IMG/VR virus record: IMGVR_UViG_3300017785_003454
Span: 1 to 35,157 of that record
DNA length: 35,157 bases
From: a virus
Lineage: Duplodnaviria > Caudoviricetes
Direction: 5' to 3' (one strand)
A model generated the notes under the pieces. That model had not been told where the DNA came from and ran no database searches. It was given only the letters and a program-made list of their open reading frames with translations. Positions 26,547 to 34,706 of this stretch are shown piece by piece. Made by a program: the position numbers and the translations under genes. Position 1 is the stretch's first letter. Every line of letters starts with the position of its first letter.

Positions 26547-27898
26547 AAGACATAATCCGAAGCATCAGCCTCAAAGCACTCAAACGCTTCGCCAATGGTG
26601 GCGATGGTCCTGCGGATCTTCTCATGCAGATCGAAGACCTCCGCAAGACGCTGGAGATTCGCACCAAGGAGCATGAAGAGCATCTGACCGAGGTCCGCGA
26701 GGAGCGCGATCATTGGCTTTCTCAATACGATGAAGTCAAATTCGCAGCCGAGTTTCTAATGAGCTACGCAAAAAATGATGTCCCCAAGCTGGCTGAGCAG
26801 ACCGATTGGGAGGTTGGCAAAATTGTTCTTCCGCATGAAACCGGGACGTATTACTTCAATCCTGCCATCATGCAGGAGACAGATGGACGAATCATGCTTT
26901 TCACTCGTCGCTGCCGGAACAAGCGGGAGAAGGACGAGGAGGTTTACGTCGAAAAGAACGACATCGTGGCCTTCGAGTTGAGCAAAGATTTACGAGCCAC
27001 AAAAAAGTCGATCCTTCAACTCACGGCAAACTATCCGAACGAGCAGTTCGAAGATCCGCGTGTCGTGAAGTTCGGCGACAAGTACGGCCTGAGCTGTTGC
27101 ACGTTCGTTCCGTTCAAGAGCTACGCGCATCAGGCGATGTTCTTGGTTGATAAGCAGTTCCTGAACGTGGGCCGGTTTGATCCGATCTACGGCAACAACT
27201 ACGCGCAGGCCATGATCAACGATGGCCATGAAAAGAACTGGCTCTTCTTCGTCCACGACAACGCGCCACACATGGTGTATTCGGCCAGTCCTCACGTCGT
27301 AGTACGCCTTAATGGGCGTTTAGAGAAGGAATCCGAATACGTCACCGAGGAGTTCAATCCGCTCTGGAAGTTTGGCGAGGTTCGTGGCGGAACCAATCCC
27401 ATTTACGCGGACGGCTTGTATTGGACTTTCTTCCACAGCTCATTGCCCTGGATCAACGGCAAGCGCCGCTACTACATGGGTGCATACGCTTTCGAGGCCA
27501 AGGCTCCATTCCGCATTGCTCGCATGACGACGTTGCCGCTTCTCACCGGCACAAATCAGCAGGATTGGTGGCCCGGATTGCCTGCGGTCGTGTTCCCGTG
27601 CGGCGCTTTCTTCGACAGCGCAAAGAACAACTTCGTCATCTCGTACGGCATCAACGATGTGGATTGCGGTTACATGAAGCTGCCATTGGCCGACTTGCTT
27701 GAGGTGACGAAGGTGATTCGACCGAAGCGCGATGTGGTCAACAAAGAGAAGCCGTTGAACTTTACGGATGTTCTCGATCCGATTCCCGAACGACATAAAC
27801 TGAAACGAAACCAACAGTCTAAATACAATGAACTGGCTAAGAGGCTTGACGAAGAACCCGAGCAAACAAGCGAAGCAGGACCTGCTGAATCTGCCTGA
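26543..27898 (+). CDS. Five-bladed beta-propeller glycoside enzyme (GH130/GT91-like) with N-terminal coiled coil
   Basis: YFNPAI, FEDPRV, EKNWLFF, RGGT, VVFPCG, ISYGIND. Confidence 0.78.
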   Translation: MKDIIRSISLKALKRFANGGDGPADLLMQIEDLRKTLEIRTKEHEEHLTEVREERDHWLSQYDEVKFAAEFLMSYAKNDVPKLAEQTDWEVGKIVLPHETGTYYFNPAIMQETDGRIMLFTRRCRNKREKDEEVYVEKNDIVAFELSKDLRATKKSILQLTANYPNEQFEDPRVVKFGDKYGLSCCTFVPFKSYAHQAMFLVDKQFLNVGRFDPIYGNNYAQAMINDGHEKNWLFFVHDNAPHMVYSASPHVVVRLNGRLEKESEYVTEEFNPLWKFGEVRGGTNPIYADGLYWTFFHSSLPWINGKRRYYMGAYAFEAKAPFRIARMTTLPLLTGTNQQDWWPGLPAVVFPCGAFFDSAKNNFVISYGINDVDCGYMKLPLADLLEVTKVIRPKRDVVNKEKPLNFTDVLDPIPERHKLKRNQQSKYNELAKRLDEEPEQTSEAGPAESA

Positions 27899-28160
27899 GG
27901 TAAACATTTCCGCTTGGCAGGACGAGGGTCAACAGGCGGAGCTTGCTGCGATTATGCGTAATCCGATCATTCGGATGGCCATTCGCATCGTTTCGGAATC
28001 CATTCCGGTGCCGATGCCGTCTCATGGAAGCAAGGAATCGGACATTATTTTCGCTGCCGGTGTAACCGCTGGCTACGCGCATTGTCTTGAAAACCTTCGC
28101 AAATTGGCTGTATTCGAAACAGCGAAGGAACCTGAAGCGACATTTGACAAGCAATACTAA
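27828..28160 (+). CDS. Hypothetical protein (head module)
   Basis: 110-aa helical ORF ending 6 nt before the scaffold-like gene. Confidence 0.65.
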   Translation: MNWLRGLTKNPSKQAKQDLLNLPEVNISAWQDEGQQAELAAIMRNPIIRMAIRIVSESIPVPMPSHGSKESDIIFAAGVTAGYAHCLENLRKLAVFETAKEPEATFDKQY

Positions 28161-28166
28161 CAAAAT

Positions 28167-29312
28167 ATGGAAGAACCACTAAACTCACCCGTCGTCAGTA
28201 ATAACCAGACCCCAGAATTTGGAAGCTCGTTTATCGATGCCTTCAAGGCAATCGGTGCTGATAACGCGGCTCCTGCCGATAAAGCGGTAACACCGGCTCC
28301 GCAAAAGACGGACAATACACCCCCCAAGCTCAGTAAATCCGAGATGGATATTGAGCGGATGTTTGGCAGCAAGAAAACCGCCGCCGAACCCGCCTCGCCA
28401 GCGCCGGACGACGCGGACATTCCTGAGACGATCAAGTCCACAAAAGCCGCTGACGCTTTCCGCAAGATCAAGGAGGAGAAGGCGCAGTTGGCTAAGCAAT
28501 TGGACGAGCTGAAGGCTGGCAAGTCTACGAATCCTGAATTTGAATCGCAGCTCAAGACCTTGCAGGAAGAGCGTGATGCGCTTTCCGAGCGTGTCCGATT
28601 GCTGGACATCGAGCGTCACCCTGACTTCATCAAGAAGTACGAGGGTAAGATTACCGGCGTGTTCGATTCGGTGAAGAACCTTGTCGGAACCGACGGTGAG
28701 CGGCTCGTTTCGCTGCTGAAATCGCCCGATAGCGACTATCGCAACTCTCAGATCGACGACATCGTTGAGGGTCTTTCGCCGTCCAAGAAGGCCAAGCTCG
28801 GTGCGCTGATCGTCAAGTACGATGAAATCAATGGCGAACGATCTTCCGAGTTGACTGAGGCGAAGGCTGATTACGATGCGGTCATCTCCAAGTACAAGCA
28901 GGACAACGAGGAGGGTACGAAGGCTGCATTGGAGTCGGCCAATAAGACCTGGCAGAAGGTTTCCACCGATGCTCGCTCGCTCGAAATCTTTGAGCCGCGT
29001 GAGAACGATGAGGAATGGAACACTGAATTGAATGGCCGACTTAGCCTTGCCCAGCAAATCTTCAACGGCGAGAACAGCGAAGAGGATCTTGCTAAGGCCG
29101 CTTTGTGGGCCGCTGCCGCGCCAAAGTACCGCGAACTGCTCTATGCTCAGGTTGAGGTAAATAAGCGCCTACAAGCTGAGCTATCGAAGTATCGCGGAAG
29201 CGAACCGGGAGTTACCTCAAAGGCGACATCTGGAGGTTATCGACCGGCAAATGCGAATGCCTCCAAGAGCGAGGACTTTGTCGCTAGCGTGATGAAGTCG
29301 CTCGGACGCTAA
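28167..29312 (+). CDS. Capsid scaffolding-like protein
   Basis: Acidic/Pro-rich disordered N-term, long coiled coils, short amphipathic C-terminal helix, no Cys; last gene of portal operon. Confidence 0.6.
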   Translation: MEEPLNSPVVSNNQTPEFGSSFIDAFKAIGADNAAPADKAVTPAPQKTDNTPPKLSKSEMDIERMFGSKKTAAEPASPAPDDADIPETIKSTKAADAFRKIKEEKAQLAKQLDELKAGKSTNPEFESQLKTLQEERDALSERVRLLDIERHPDFIKKYEGKITGVFDSVKNLVGTDGERLVSLLKSPDSDYRNSQIDDIVEGLSPSKKAKLGALIVKYDEINGERSSELTEAKADYDAVISKYKQDNEEGTKAALESANKTWQKVSTDARSLEIFEPRENDEEWNTELNGRLSLAQQIFNGENSEEDLAKAALWAAAAPKYRELLYAQVEVNKRLQAELSKYRGSEPGVTSKATSGGYRPANANASKSEDFVASVMKSLGR

Positions 29313-29358
29313 ACAATTATCCCCCGATGGTTTTTTGGCCACCGGGGGATTTTCGTTT
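29313..29358. terminator. Bidirectional intrinsic terminator between convergent operons
   Basis: ATCCCCCGATGG/CCACCGGGGGAT stem with T-rich tails on both strands. Confidence 0.75.
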
Positions 29359-29361
29359 GAA

Positions 29362-29526
29362 TTACCGACCTCGATACGGGCCGCTACCACCTCGGTACGG
29401 ACCACTGCCGCTCGGAACCGGCTTTGGAGACGGCCTGACCGAAGGCTTGGGCGGCGGAGACTGCTTGTAAGGTCCGCTGCCACCACCGACGGCGGGAGAA
29501 CCTTTATACGGTGCGTTGTTGCTCAT
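29362..29526 (-). CDS. Small Pro/Gly-rich basic peptide with PY(K/R) repeats
   Basis: MSNNAPYKGSPAVGGGSGPYKQSPPPKPSVRPSPKPVPSGSGPYRGGSGPYRGR; ATG 29526 overlaps upstream stop (ATGA), AAGGA upstream. Confidence 0.6.
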   Translation of the reverse strand: MSNNAPYKGSPAVGGGSGPYKQSPPPKPSVRPSPKPVPSGSGPYRGGSGPYRGR

Positions 29527-29753
29527 TCTTTTGGAAGTGCATACCAACCTTCATGGATGGTGATGCGGTTATTACTACGCACGTTTTTGCCGTTCGCGTC
29601 AACCACCCAAACCTTAGCCTCAACATCTTCAGCGAGGCGCACAGGCTCACCGTGGGGGACGTAAATCACTCTGCTTGCGCAGCTCACGCTCATGCTCGCG
29701 CACACGATCAAGAAGACCGCGCTTAAGATCAGGTTGTTTCTTTGCGTCTTCAC
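29523..29753 (-). CDS. Putative o-spanin (Rz1-like lipoprotein)
   Basis: Basic N-term, hydrophobic LILSAVFLIVC, imperfect lipobox MSVSC; overlaps upstream i-spanin-like ORF in another frame. Confidence 0.55.
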   Translation of the reverse strand: MKTQRNNLILSAVFLIVCASMSVSCASRVIYVPHGEPVRLAEDVEAKVWVVDANGKNVRSNNRITIHEGWYALPKE

Positions 29754-29826
29754 TTGAAATGTCCTTGGTCGTCAGTGCGTGAAGCCAAATGACCAACTTC
29801 ATCACCAAGTCGGCCAAGAAGTTCAT
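29647..29826 (-). CDS. Putative very short i-spanin (Rz-like)
   Basis: MNFLADLVMKLVIWLHALTTKDISSEDAKKQPDLKRGLLDRVREHERELRKQSDLRPPR: hydrophobic N-term plus charged helix. Not in ORF track. Confidence 0.5.
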   Translation of the reverse strand: MNFLADLVMKLVIWLHALTTKDISSEDAKKQPDLKRGLLDRVREHERELRKQSDLRPPR

Positions 29827-30002
29827 TCAGAATCTGTTGCGTCCTCAATGTTTTGAAGAATGCGTCTGATTGCCTGCTCGGTACGCCAATCGTCTTCACT
29901 CAACATAACACCTTTGTTTACGGCGTCGTGAAAGATGGAAATCGGAGTCTCAATGACAACGCCGACAGTGGCTTTCGCCAGAGATGAAAGCATTCCAAAC
30001 AT
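29823..30002 (-). CDS. Small hypothetical protein in lysis cassette
   Basis: MFGMLSSLAKATVGVVIETPISIFHDAVNKG...IEDATDSE; ATGA-coupled. Not in ORF track. Confidence 0.6.
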   Translation of the reverse strand: MFGMLSSLAKATVGVVIETPISIFHDAVNKGVMLSEDDWRTEQAIRRILQNIEDATDSE

Positions 30003-30005
30003 AAT

Positions 30006-30185
30006 TTATTCAGTTTTCGAAGCGTTCTTCTTGTTGTTGATGATCGACCAGGCGACACCGAAGATGCTGACGATAGCGCCAACGATTTCAGTAACCTGAT
30101 CGGCGCTGGCCAATCCTTTTGCAACGATGAATCCACCGGCAGCGGTCAGGACATGGCGGATGAGAGAGGCGATGTTAGGGTTCAT
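30006..30185 (-). CDS. Putative holin (two TM, IRHxLTAxGG family)
   Basis: MNPNIASLIRHVLTAAGGFIVAKG...IVGAIVSIFGVAWSIINNKK; start revised to ATG 30185. Confidence 0.75.
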   Translation of the reverse strand: MNPNIASLIRHVLTAAGGFIVAKGLASADQVTEIVGAIVSIFGVAWSIINNKKNASKTE

Positions 30186-30376
30186 TTGTAGTTTTTGAAT
30201 TTGCGGTAGAGTTCTACTGCTTTCACGGCGCAAGTGAGAAGCGCGGCGAGCGCGCCAAGTGCCAATGAGACAGTCTTGAGATTCGGATCGGAGAATACTG
30301 CGTTTCCAAGAATGCCGATGGCCGGACCACCGACGCCGATTGAGATGTCTCTGATAAAAGCGTGGTGGTCCGTCAT
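30182..30376 (-). CDS. Small membrane protein (holin/antiholin-like)
   Basis: Two hydrophobic segments and basic C-terminus. Confidence 0.55.
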   Translation of the reverse strand: MTDHHAFIRDISIGVGGPAIGILGNAVFSDPNLKTVSLALGALAALLTCAVKAVELYRKFKNYK

Positions 30377-30385
30377 CGTGCGTTG

Positions 30386-30550
30386 TTAGTTAGCGGCAAC
30401 TTCCTGAAACGGCTGTTTTGCAGCTTCTAGGATGAGTTCGAAGAGAGGAAGTCCGGCTCGGATATTGTTGATATTCCCAGCCTTCATTCCGATTTCAACG
30501 AGTTGCAGCAGGGCGTTGGTTTGTTCGGGAGTCAGTTCAATTTTAATCAT
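30386..30550 (-). CDS. Small helical protein following fibre chaperone
   Basis: MIKIELTPEQTNALLQLVEIGMKAGNINNIRAGLPLFELILEAAKQPFQEVAAN; ATGA overlap. Not in ORF track. Confidence 0.68.
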   Translation of the reverse strand: MIKIELTPEQTNALLQLVEIGMKAGNINNIRAGLPLFELILEAAKQPFQEVAAN

Positions 30551-30909
30551 GCCGTCGGAATCTTAGCGACAGCATCATTCTTCGCAACGATTTCCTTCGG
30601 CACCCACGGCAGCGGCGGAGCGATGACCGGCGGGTTGATCTGGTTCTCGATCTGCGCGGAGACGTTCGCCTCAATCGCCGCTTGATCGACGCCGCTGGCG
30701 AAGCACCAGCCGAGGACTTGATCCTTTGTCAGATCCTCGTAAGGCGTGAAGTCACCGCTGGGCGCAGCGAACGAGCAGGAGCCGTAGCAAGTGCCGCTGT
30801 AGCCGTCCTGCGAGCCGTTGCAACGCCAGTCGGCGGTGACGACGACGTCGGCGTGAGTGCCTTCGGTCGGTTTGACCAACAGGCGTTCGATGATCCAAGA
30901 GATGTTCAT
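30547..30909 (-). CDS. Fibre assembly chaperone-like protein
   Basis: WII...VVVTADW...YGS...FTPYEDLT..QVLGW...PLPW, directly after the fibre gene. Confidence 0.65.
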   Translation of the reverse strand: MNISWIIERLLVKPTEGTHADVVVTADWRCNGSQDGYSGTCYGSCSFAAPSGDFTPYEDLTKDQVLGWCFASGVDQAAIEANVSAQIENQINPPVIAPPLPWVPKEIVAKNDAVAKIPTA

Positions 30910-30920
30910 GGTGGTATGGA

Positions 30921-32090
30921 TTAGGCGGCTGCGATTGTGGTGACGGTTCCAGAGCTTCCACGGTACTTCAACGCACCGGACTCAACGTAGAGTTGACCGC
31001 CAGCGATGTTAGCCGTAGGAGCGGTTCCGTTGGAAATCTGGATAGTCTTCGCAGCGGTGGTTCCGGCTGTGGTAAGACCGACAAGTAAGTTTCCGAGGGT
31101 GTCGAGCGTCATCGCTTGGGTGAGAGTCTGGGCTACCCCAATGCTTCCTGCGGTCGATTTGTTGAGCCAAACGTGGTTTCCGTTTAGAACCTCAAACCGA
31201 TATTCACCTACGAAATTTGTGCTAATGGCAATATTGTTGGTATTGTCATCGTACAAATTGAATTTTGTGCCGTAGTATCCCAAGTTGGCCCGTCCATAAA
31301 CGGACGCAAGCTGTCCAACCTGAACTACTTTGTTGAGGCTTCCCCACGCACTCGGCACAACCCCCACGCCGACGTTGCCGGAGGCATCCAGCGTCATCAC
31401 GTTCGCAATCGCCGCATTGCGGAAGATCAGCGGTCCTTGTCCGCCGTTGGCCCACGAGTAGTTGATCGTGGTTCCAGCAGCGTTTGTTGCGCCGTCGGAG
31501 GTGACGACAAGCGTGGCTTTGTTGCTGAGAATCCGCATCGACGGTGTAGTCGCCGATGTGATTCCGGTTGAACCAACAGTGAAAAGTCCGGTGTCAGGAC
31601 TTCCCCCCACGCCCAGCCCCGTGGAGTTCAGGGTCATGGCGGTGCCAGCGACTCCGCCGACGTTCGACCAAGTGCAGACACCATCGTTCGCAATCTGGAA
31701 ACGATTGGCTGGAGAAGACAGGCCGGTGAAGACCTGCACGTTTCCTGAGTTGTCGGTCCTCAGCGATGCGTAATTGGTGGCGGAACCGTAATACAGAAAA
31801 AGCTGCTGGTTAAGCGACATTCGAATATCGCCACCAATGACATCAAGAGCGTTTGCAGGGGTAGCCGTTCCAATGCCAACACCAGTACTGGTGACAGCCA
31901 GCTTATTAGCCCGCACCGTCAGATCGCCGGTGATGGTGGCGGTGCCTGGAACGACGATGTTGTTGCCGCTCGGGCCGACCGCCGTGTACAGCTCCGTAAA
32001 GTTCAGATTGCAGTAATCGAACGCTGTACGAAGCGGTGTTCCCGTTCCGTCGTTCGGAGCTGTTCCGATATTGATCGTTTGCTTTGCCAT
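30921..32090 (-). CDS. Fibre protein with T4 gp9/gp10-like N-terminal anchor
   Basis: [24 protein letters not shown]...NFTELY; repeated MTLDxxGNVGVG units; [17 protein letters not shown] end. Confidence 0.8.
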   Translation of the reverse strand: MAKQTINIGTAPNDGTGTPLRTAFDYCNLNFTELYTAVGPSGNNIVVPGTATITGDLTVRANKLAVTSTGVGIGTATPANALDVIGGDIRMSLNQQLFLYYGSATNYASLRTDNSGNVQVFTGLSSPANRFQIANDGVCTWSNVGGVAGTAMTLNSTGLGVGGSPDTGLFTVGSTGITSATTPSMRILSNKATLVVTSDGATNAAGTTINYSWANGGQGPLIFRNAAIANVMTLDASGNVGVGVVPSAWGSLNKVVQVGQLASVYGRANLGYYGTKFNLYDDNTNNIAISTNFVGEYRFEVLNGNHVWLNKSTAGSIGVAQTLTQAMTLDTLGNLLVGLTTAGTTAAKTIQISNGTAPTANIAGGQLYVESGALKYRGSSGTVTTIAAA

Positions 32091-32118
32091 GTGAAGTATT
32101 GAAGGGTTTTACCGTAGA

Positions 32119-32343
32119 TTAAAATTGAGTCTCGTCCGCCGTTATCGATGTCACATCAGCCGTAACAACGGTCAAATCCGCCGTCAACGCAAACGCAACA
32201 GGCGCACCAGTCACATCGTAAATTCGATTCAGAAGCGCAATTTCAAGCATCTCTATCTCCCACGGAGAACGACATCCGCTCGCCGAAACCTCGGAGATAA
32301 GCTCAGCAGCTTCCGTACAGGTGATGGATGATGCGTCGGCCAT
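32119..32343 (-). CDS. Small head-associated adaptor with 3x TAD heptads
   Basis: N-term paralogous to 32348-32788; C-term LTADLTV-VTADVTS-ITADETQ. Confidence 0.65.
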   Translation of the reverse strand: MADASSITCTEAAELISEVSASGCRSPWEIEMLEIALLNRIYDVTGAPVAFALTADLTVVTADVTSITADETQF

Positions 32344-32347
32344 ATCT

Positions 32348-32788
32348 TTAGGTTGCGATGATGAACCAAGCCGTTCCGTTGCTGATAAATTGAGCCTTGG
32401 CCCACTGCGTCGTCAAAGCAAGAGTCGCCGCTCCGTCAATCGTCTCAGCGCCAAACGGGTCAATAGTCACGTTGTTCGCCCCCGCATTCACCCGCTTCAC
32501 GAAGAATATCCGCCCATTAGCCGTCGCCGCCGGGGGAAGCGAAACCGTAATCGCACCCGATGTTGAATTGGCGAGAATCGCGAAATCACTCGAAACGATT
32601 GCCGTGGTTGCCGTGACAGATCGAACAGTTCCAAATCCCGCAGCATTTGCCGCCGCCGTTCCAGCGCCATCAGCAATACGATTGAGAAGTGCCAACTTAG
32701 CCATCTCACGCTCCCACGGTGCGCGACATCCAAGTGGGCTAACCTCACTCAGTAGCGTTGCCGTTTCTGCACAAGTAATGTCAGCCAT
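32348..32788 (-). CDS. Capsid decoration / head fibre-like protein
   Basis: ANSTSGAITVSLPPAA...GRIFFVK...NVTI....ETIDG beta-domain; close to MCP. Confidence 0.62.
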   Translation of the reverse strand: MADITCAETATLLSEVSPLGCRAPWEREMAKLALLNRIADGAGTAAANAAGFGTVRSVTATTAIVSSDFAILANSTSGAITVSLPPAATANGRIFFVKRVNAGANNVTIDPFGAETIDGAATLALTTQWAKAQFISNGTAWFIIAT

Positions 32789-32801
32789 ACGCTTTTAGAA
32801 T

Positions 32802-33089
32802 TTAAGCCATCGGACCAGAACCACGGCGCATCACCTCAGCGATGAAGCCTTCGCCGCCGCCGCCACCAGCAACTTCCTCTTCCTCCTCGTACTCCTCCTC
32901 CTCACCACGCTCGGCCATCTTCTTGCCCTTCGACTTCTTCTCGTAGCCTGGGATGACCATGCCATCAATCTCGATAACCTCAGCCTTGCCGCCCTTGCCA
33001 AGAACGATAGTCGCCATCGTCTGAAACGCCTCGCCTTCCTTCAAATTCTCGGGAATCTCAACGCCTTCTGGGATGGTAAAACTCGGCAT
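32802..33089 (-). CDS. Small acidic hypothetical protein
   Basis: Poly-Glu and poly-Gly tract; preceded by its own promoter-like element. Confidence 0.65.
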   Translation of the reverse strand: MPSFTIPEGVEIPENLKEGEAFQTMATIVLGKGGKAEVIEIDGMVIPGYEKKSKGKKMAERGEEEEYEEEEEVAGGGGGEGFIAEVMRRGSGPMA

Positions 33090-33095
33090 ACGGGC

Positions 33096-33123
33096 AGCAT
33101 CACTTCGTGGCCTACTGTGTCAA
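33096..33123 (-). promoter_or_regulatory. Sigma70-like promoter, possibly leaderless
   Basis: TTGACA (33123-33118), 16 nt, GATGCT, then 6 nt to ATG at 33089; no SD. Confidence 0.45.
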
Positions 33124-33124
33124 T

Positions 33125-33164
33125 AAAAAACCCCTCGCCAAGCCTTTCGAGCCGATGAGGGGTT
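33125..33164 (-). terminator. Second intrinsic terminator downstream of MCP
   Basis: AACCCCTC...GAAA...GAGGGGTT followed by TTTT on minus strand. Confidence 0.75.
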
Positions 33165-33223
33165 GCCGCGTGTAGCGGCATTAGACACACAACCTATGAA
33201 TCAACCCGACGGCAAAGATAGCC

Positions 33224-33264
33224 AAAAACAAAAAACCCGCAAGCCTTTCGACCTGCGGATCTTT
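33224..33264 (-). terminator. First intrinsic terminator downstream of MCP
   Basis: ATCCGCAGGTC-GAAA-GGCTTGCGGGT followed by TTTTTGTTTTT. Confidence 0.85.
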
Positions 33265-33283
33265 CGTATGAACCTCTGATCGA

Positions 33284-34522
33284 TTACGAGCAGATGATCT
33301 GGGTCAAAGCGCCAGTGCAACGACGGAAGATGATCGTCATGCCCTGGTTAGTGAAAACAGGCTCCGAGGCATGAACGAACTCAGCGTAATGCTGACCCTT
33401 CTTCTCCAGCGGATCGGCGCAATCCACATCGAGCTTGTAGGCACCCGTCACCCACTGCCACTCGCCCATGTAGTTGGTCGGCATCCAGCTCAAATCACCA
33501 ACGCGGTTCACAGGACGCACGATGTGCGACTTGAAGACGTACGGGGTGACAATGAACGCAGCCTCGAACGGAGCAGTCACCCAGCTCGGGTTGACGCTGA
33601 ACACAGTACCCTTGGTGCCGCTCGCGCTAGTGAACGGCTGAACCAGCGTGTACTTGCCGCCAGCATAGGTAAACCGGGGCGGGAACAGATTCGGCACATG
33701 CCGGAAGTTCTTGATGACCCGATTCGCGCCAATGCGCTTGAGCAACTCAGCGCCGCTGCCACTGCCCATATCAGCCTGACGCAGATCCTCGCGGAACGCC
33801 GGGTTGTTCTGAGCGATACGCTGCGAAGCCTCCAAGCCGATGTACAAAGGGAAGATCGGGCCGTCGCTGGAATAGCTGATGAAGCCAGAGCTATCAGGAT
33901 TCGTCGCACCATTGCGGATCAACGTGGCAGCCGCGACATCGAGCATCTCCTGAGTCAGCTCAGAAGTGGACTGATTGAGCGCCTGACCAGCCGATCCGGT
34001 CTGAATCCAGGGGAACTCATTCACGCCGGACGGAATCGTCTCAACCTGAGTGAAGGACGAGTCGGCCACTGCCTTGATAGCGAACTTGGCGAAGGTGTTC
34101 TGATAGCGGGTTTCCCATGAACGCTGTGCGCGGATCGAGAGCTTCTCCAAGTACACCCGCAGAAACGCCTCGACGCGATGGTCGAAGGTCAGATCGTCCT
34201 TACACAAGAGAGGACCTTTCAGAGCGAAACGCTCAGGACTCCAAGTAACGGCATTATAGCCGACCGGAACGTCATTGTAGGTGACATCGCAAGCGCCACC
34301 GTTTTCGCCACTGGCGAGCGTGATGGCCGACCACTCCTCAGCCGCAGTCGGCTCGATGGAAGTGGTGGTGAACGAGGTCTGGGTCAAACCAGTACCCTGA
34401 GGATACTCGCCGCGCTCAATCATGTTGAGCCACATCGAGCGGTACGAGGCGCGTTTGTAAACGTCCTGCGCGAGCGACTCAGTCGCAACGGCGAACGCAT
34501 TAAAGACATTAGGACAAGCCAT
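33284..34522 (-). CDS. Major capsid protein
   Basis: 412 aa from ATG 34522, strongly biased codons, followed by terminators and decoration genes; HK97-like layout inferred from size and context. Confidence 0.78.
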   Translation of the reverse strand: MACPNVFNAFAVATESLAQDVYKRASYRSMWLNMIERGEYPQGTGLTQTSFTTTSIEPTAAEEWSAITLASGENGGACDVTYNDVPVGYNAVTWSPERFALKGPLLCKDDLTFDHRVEAFLRVYLEKLSIRAQRSWETRYQNTFAKFAIKAVADSSFTQVETIPSGVNEFPWIQTGSAGQALNQSTSELTQEMLDVAAATLIRNGATNPDSSGFISYSSDGPIFPLYIGLEASQRIAQNNPAFREDLRQADMGSGSGAELLKRIGANRVIKNFRHVPNLFPPRFTYAGGKYTLVQPFTSASGTKGTVFSVNPSWVTAPFEAAFIVTPYVFKSHIVRPVNRVGDLSWMPTNYMGEWQWVTGAYKLDVDCADPLEKKGQHYAEFVHASEPVFTNQGMTIIFRRCTGALTQIICS

Positions 34523-34537
34523 GAGATGAAAAAGTAA

Positions 34538-34678
34538 ACCGACGTTATGGTTGGCCAACTATCCACCACACAGTGGATGATTATCCAACCTATTACCACA
34601 TGCGGAGCGTCACTTCCACTTAGACAGTTTTGCGATGGCTGACCAAGCCCCCGCATTGCTTAAGGTCGATAAGCCGAC
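34538..34678 (-). ncRNA. Candidate structured 5' leader RNA of the capsid gene
   Basis: Several nested stems whose mismatches are G-U only on the minus strand; TTGACA at 34706-34701 upstream. Confidence 0.45.
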
Positions 34679-34706
34679 TCACGCACAGAAATAGCCAATC
34701 TGTCAA

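Noticed and set aside
28185-29057. 290-aa minus-strand ORF
   Set aside because: Antisense shadow of the scaffold-like gene caused by codon bias.
33371-34120. 249-aa plus-strand ORF
   Set aside because: Antisense to MCP; typical of strongly biased genes.
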